Source of the DNA: Candidatus Moraniibacteriota bacterium
GTDB lineage: Bacteria; Patescibacteriota; Minisyncoccia; Moranbacterales; UBA2206
Reading direction: 5' to 3'
Assembly (NCBI GenBank): GCA_026396175.1
Contig: JAPLXG010000012.1
Coordinates: forward strand, 19,360 to 83,359
DNA: 64,000 nt
The notes under the pieces were generated by a model that was not told the DNA's origin, ran no database searches, and was given only the letters and a program-made list of their open reading frames with translations. Positions 62,711 through 64,000 of this stretch are shown here, piece by piece; positions within the stretch are counted from its first letter, which is position 1, and each line of letters starts with the position of its first letter. The translations under genes and the position numbers were made by a program.

Positions 62711-63964
62711 TTATTTAATTTTCCTCACAATCCCCGTCTCTCCGTCCAACTCCACCAAATCCCCATTTTTCAGCACCCTCGTGGCATCCTTGGTGCCAAT
62801 AATGCATGGTTTTTGCATTTCGCGAGAAATGATCGCGGCGTGGCAAAGAATTCCGCCCTCATCCGTCACAAAACCGGTTGCTTTTTCCATCGCCGGAACA
62901 TAGTTGGGAAAAGTCATGATCGCAACCAGAATTTCGCCTTTTTTCACTTTTTTAATATCACCTTCATCAAGAACCACTCGCACTCTGCCCCGCACTGATC
63001 CTCGCCAACCAACTTGACCACGCAGTTCAACCTGGGAGCTCAGCGGATTGAGGAATGCCCCCAACTCATTAATATGCTCTCTTTCATCTCCGGCAAATAT
63101 TTGCACATTATCATCCATAATCATCACGTAGAACCCTTCTGTTCTTGGTTTGACTTTCAGCCTGTGATCCGCGGCGGAACTCAGCATCGCCAAAATTTCA
63201 TCGCTCGTGAGAGAAATTAGATCCGCAAATGTAAGTCCTAGTTTTTGGGCAATTTTTTGCAGAAGCGGTTTTGCGAGTGATCCAGCTTTGTTCAAAGTCT
63301 CTGAGCGAAATGTGCGTAAATATACAAATTCTTTGACCAAGTCAATATATTCAATTTCTGTTTTACTTAGTTTATATTTTTTGATAAATTCTTGGGTAAT
63401 TTTCTCCGGCTGTTCTTTTGACTGATAGATTTTTTTCAGCTCTTTTGTTGGATTGATTTTGAGATAATTTTCCAATCTTTCCCTAAAATCATCTTCGGTC
63501 CAATCCGCCTCAAGATGCCAGCGACTTCCCAGCCAGAAATACTTGGTCGCGTGCGCTTTGAGTTTTTTCTTGGCCGCACTACTTTCAAGCTTGAGTTTTT
63601 TCGCTTTCAGATCTTCGGCCAATTTCAAAAGCGCAATTAGTTCTTCCGATCCTCCGGAAAATTTTCTCACTCCCGCTAGGGCATTATAGAATCGCTCATC
63701 CACTGTCCCCACTTTATTTTTCACCAACTCGGACATTCTTGCGCCCAAAGCCGTTTCATAATAATTAACTGTCAGCAAATAGGTCGATAGTTTTGTATAT
63801 GCAGCGATAAATCTTTTTAGCCTTTCTATGTCAGTTTCTTTTTTGTCCCGAAATATGTCTAGTAAATTTTTCGCGTCCCGATAGCAGGAATTGCGAAGAG
63901 CGATCAATTTTTCAAAGTTGCCACTATTAACGATCTCTTTTGTTTTCAAAATAATCTCGTCCAC
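62711..63964 (-). CDS. PEP-utilizing enzyme mobile-domain protein (PEP synthase / rifampicin-phosphotransferase-like C-terminal swivel domain)
   Basis: C-terminal GETGIVRKI...GGILCHAAIISREMQKPCIIG mobile His-domain signature. Confidence 0.65.
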   Translation of the reverse strand: MDEIILKTKEIVNSGNFEKLIALRNSCYRDAKNLLDIFRDKKETDIERLKRFIAAYTKLSTYLLTVNYYETALGARMSELVKNKVGTVDERFYNALAGVRKFSGGSEELIALLKLAEDLKAKKLKLESSAAKKKLKAHATKYFWLGSRWHLEADWTEDDFRERLENYLKINPTKELKKIYQSKEQPEKITQEFIKKYKLSKTEIEYIDLVKEFVYLRTFRSETLNKAGSLAKPLLQKIAQKLGLTFADLISLTSDEILAMLSSAADHRLKVKPRTEGFYVMIMDDNVQIFAGDEREHINELGAFLNPLSSQVELRGQVGWRGSVRGRVRVVLDEGDIKKVKKGEILVAIMTFPNYVPAMEKATGFVTDEGGILCHAAIISREMQKPCIIGTKDATRVLKNGDLVELDGETGIVRKIK

Positions 63965-64000
63965 GATTTCCCGCGAAGCATACAGTTGGCCACCGGCGTG

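Overview
This is a low-GC bacterial chromosome segment with compact, mostly housekeeping content. It carries rpsB-tsf, rpmG-tRNA-Trp, yidD, obg, groES, priA-def-fmt, gltX, iscR-iscS-iscU, rpmA, pyrG, rplI, ctpA, clpB and htrA. It also holds a roughly 17 kb cell-envelope glycosylation locus (GT2/GT4/GT-C glycosyltransferases, LCP protein, O-antigen-ligase-like protein) and a metal/metalloid-resistance-like operon headed by an ArsR-family regulator. groES without a following groEL, many small hypothetical membrane proteins and a minimal gene set are consistent with a small-genome, possibly Patescibacteria/CPR-like organism; that is inference only. The most unusual content is non-coding and repeat-associated. 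(1) A tRNA cluster in which every intact tRNA (Thr-UGU, Tyr-GUA, Thr-GGU) is paired with a disrupted paralogous copy, and two intact tRNAs sit nested inside the disrupted copy between perfect 14-bp and 19-bp inverted repeats. (2) A 20-nt perfect palindrome CCTGCCTGCCGGCAGGCAGG in at least 6 copies: inside tRNA D/T loops, in-frame inside priA, and intergenic with a perfect 7-bp target-site duplication. (3) A 4-copy, roughly 48-nt two-helix motif with compensatory base-pair changes that abuts start codons. (4) A roughly 145-bp MITE-like element with roughly 30-bp terminal inverted repeats in 3 copies plus a variant, one copy splitting def from fmt. (5) Short GTATCTGGTATTT and CATGTT repeat tracts translated in-frame within priA and iscS. 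No CRISPR array, rRNA gene or obvious prophage is present.
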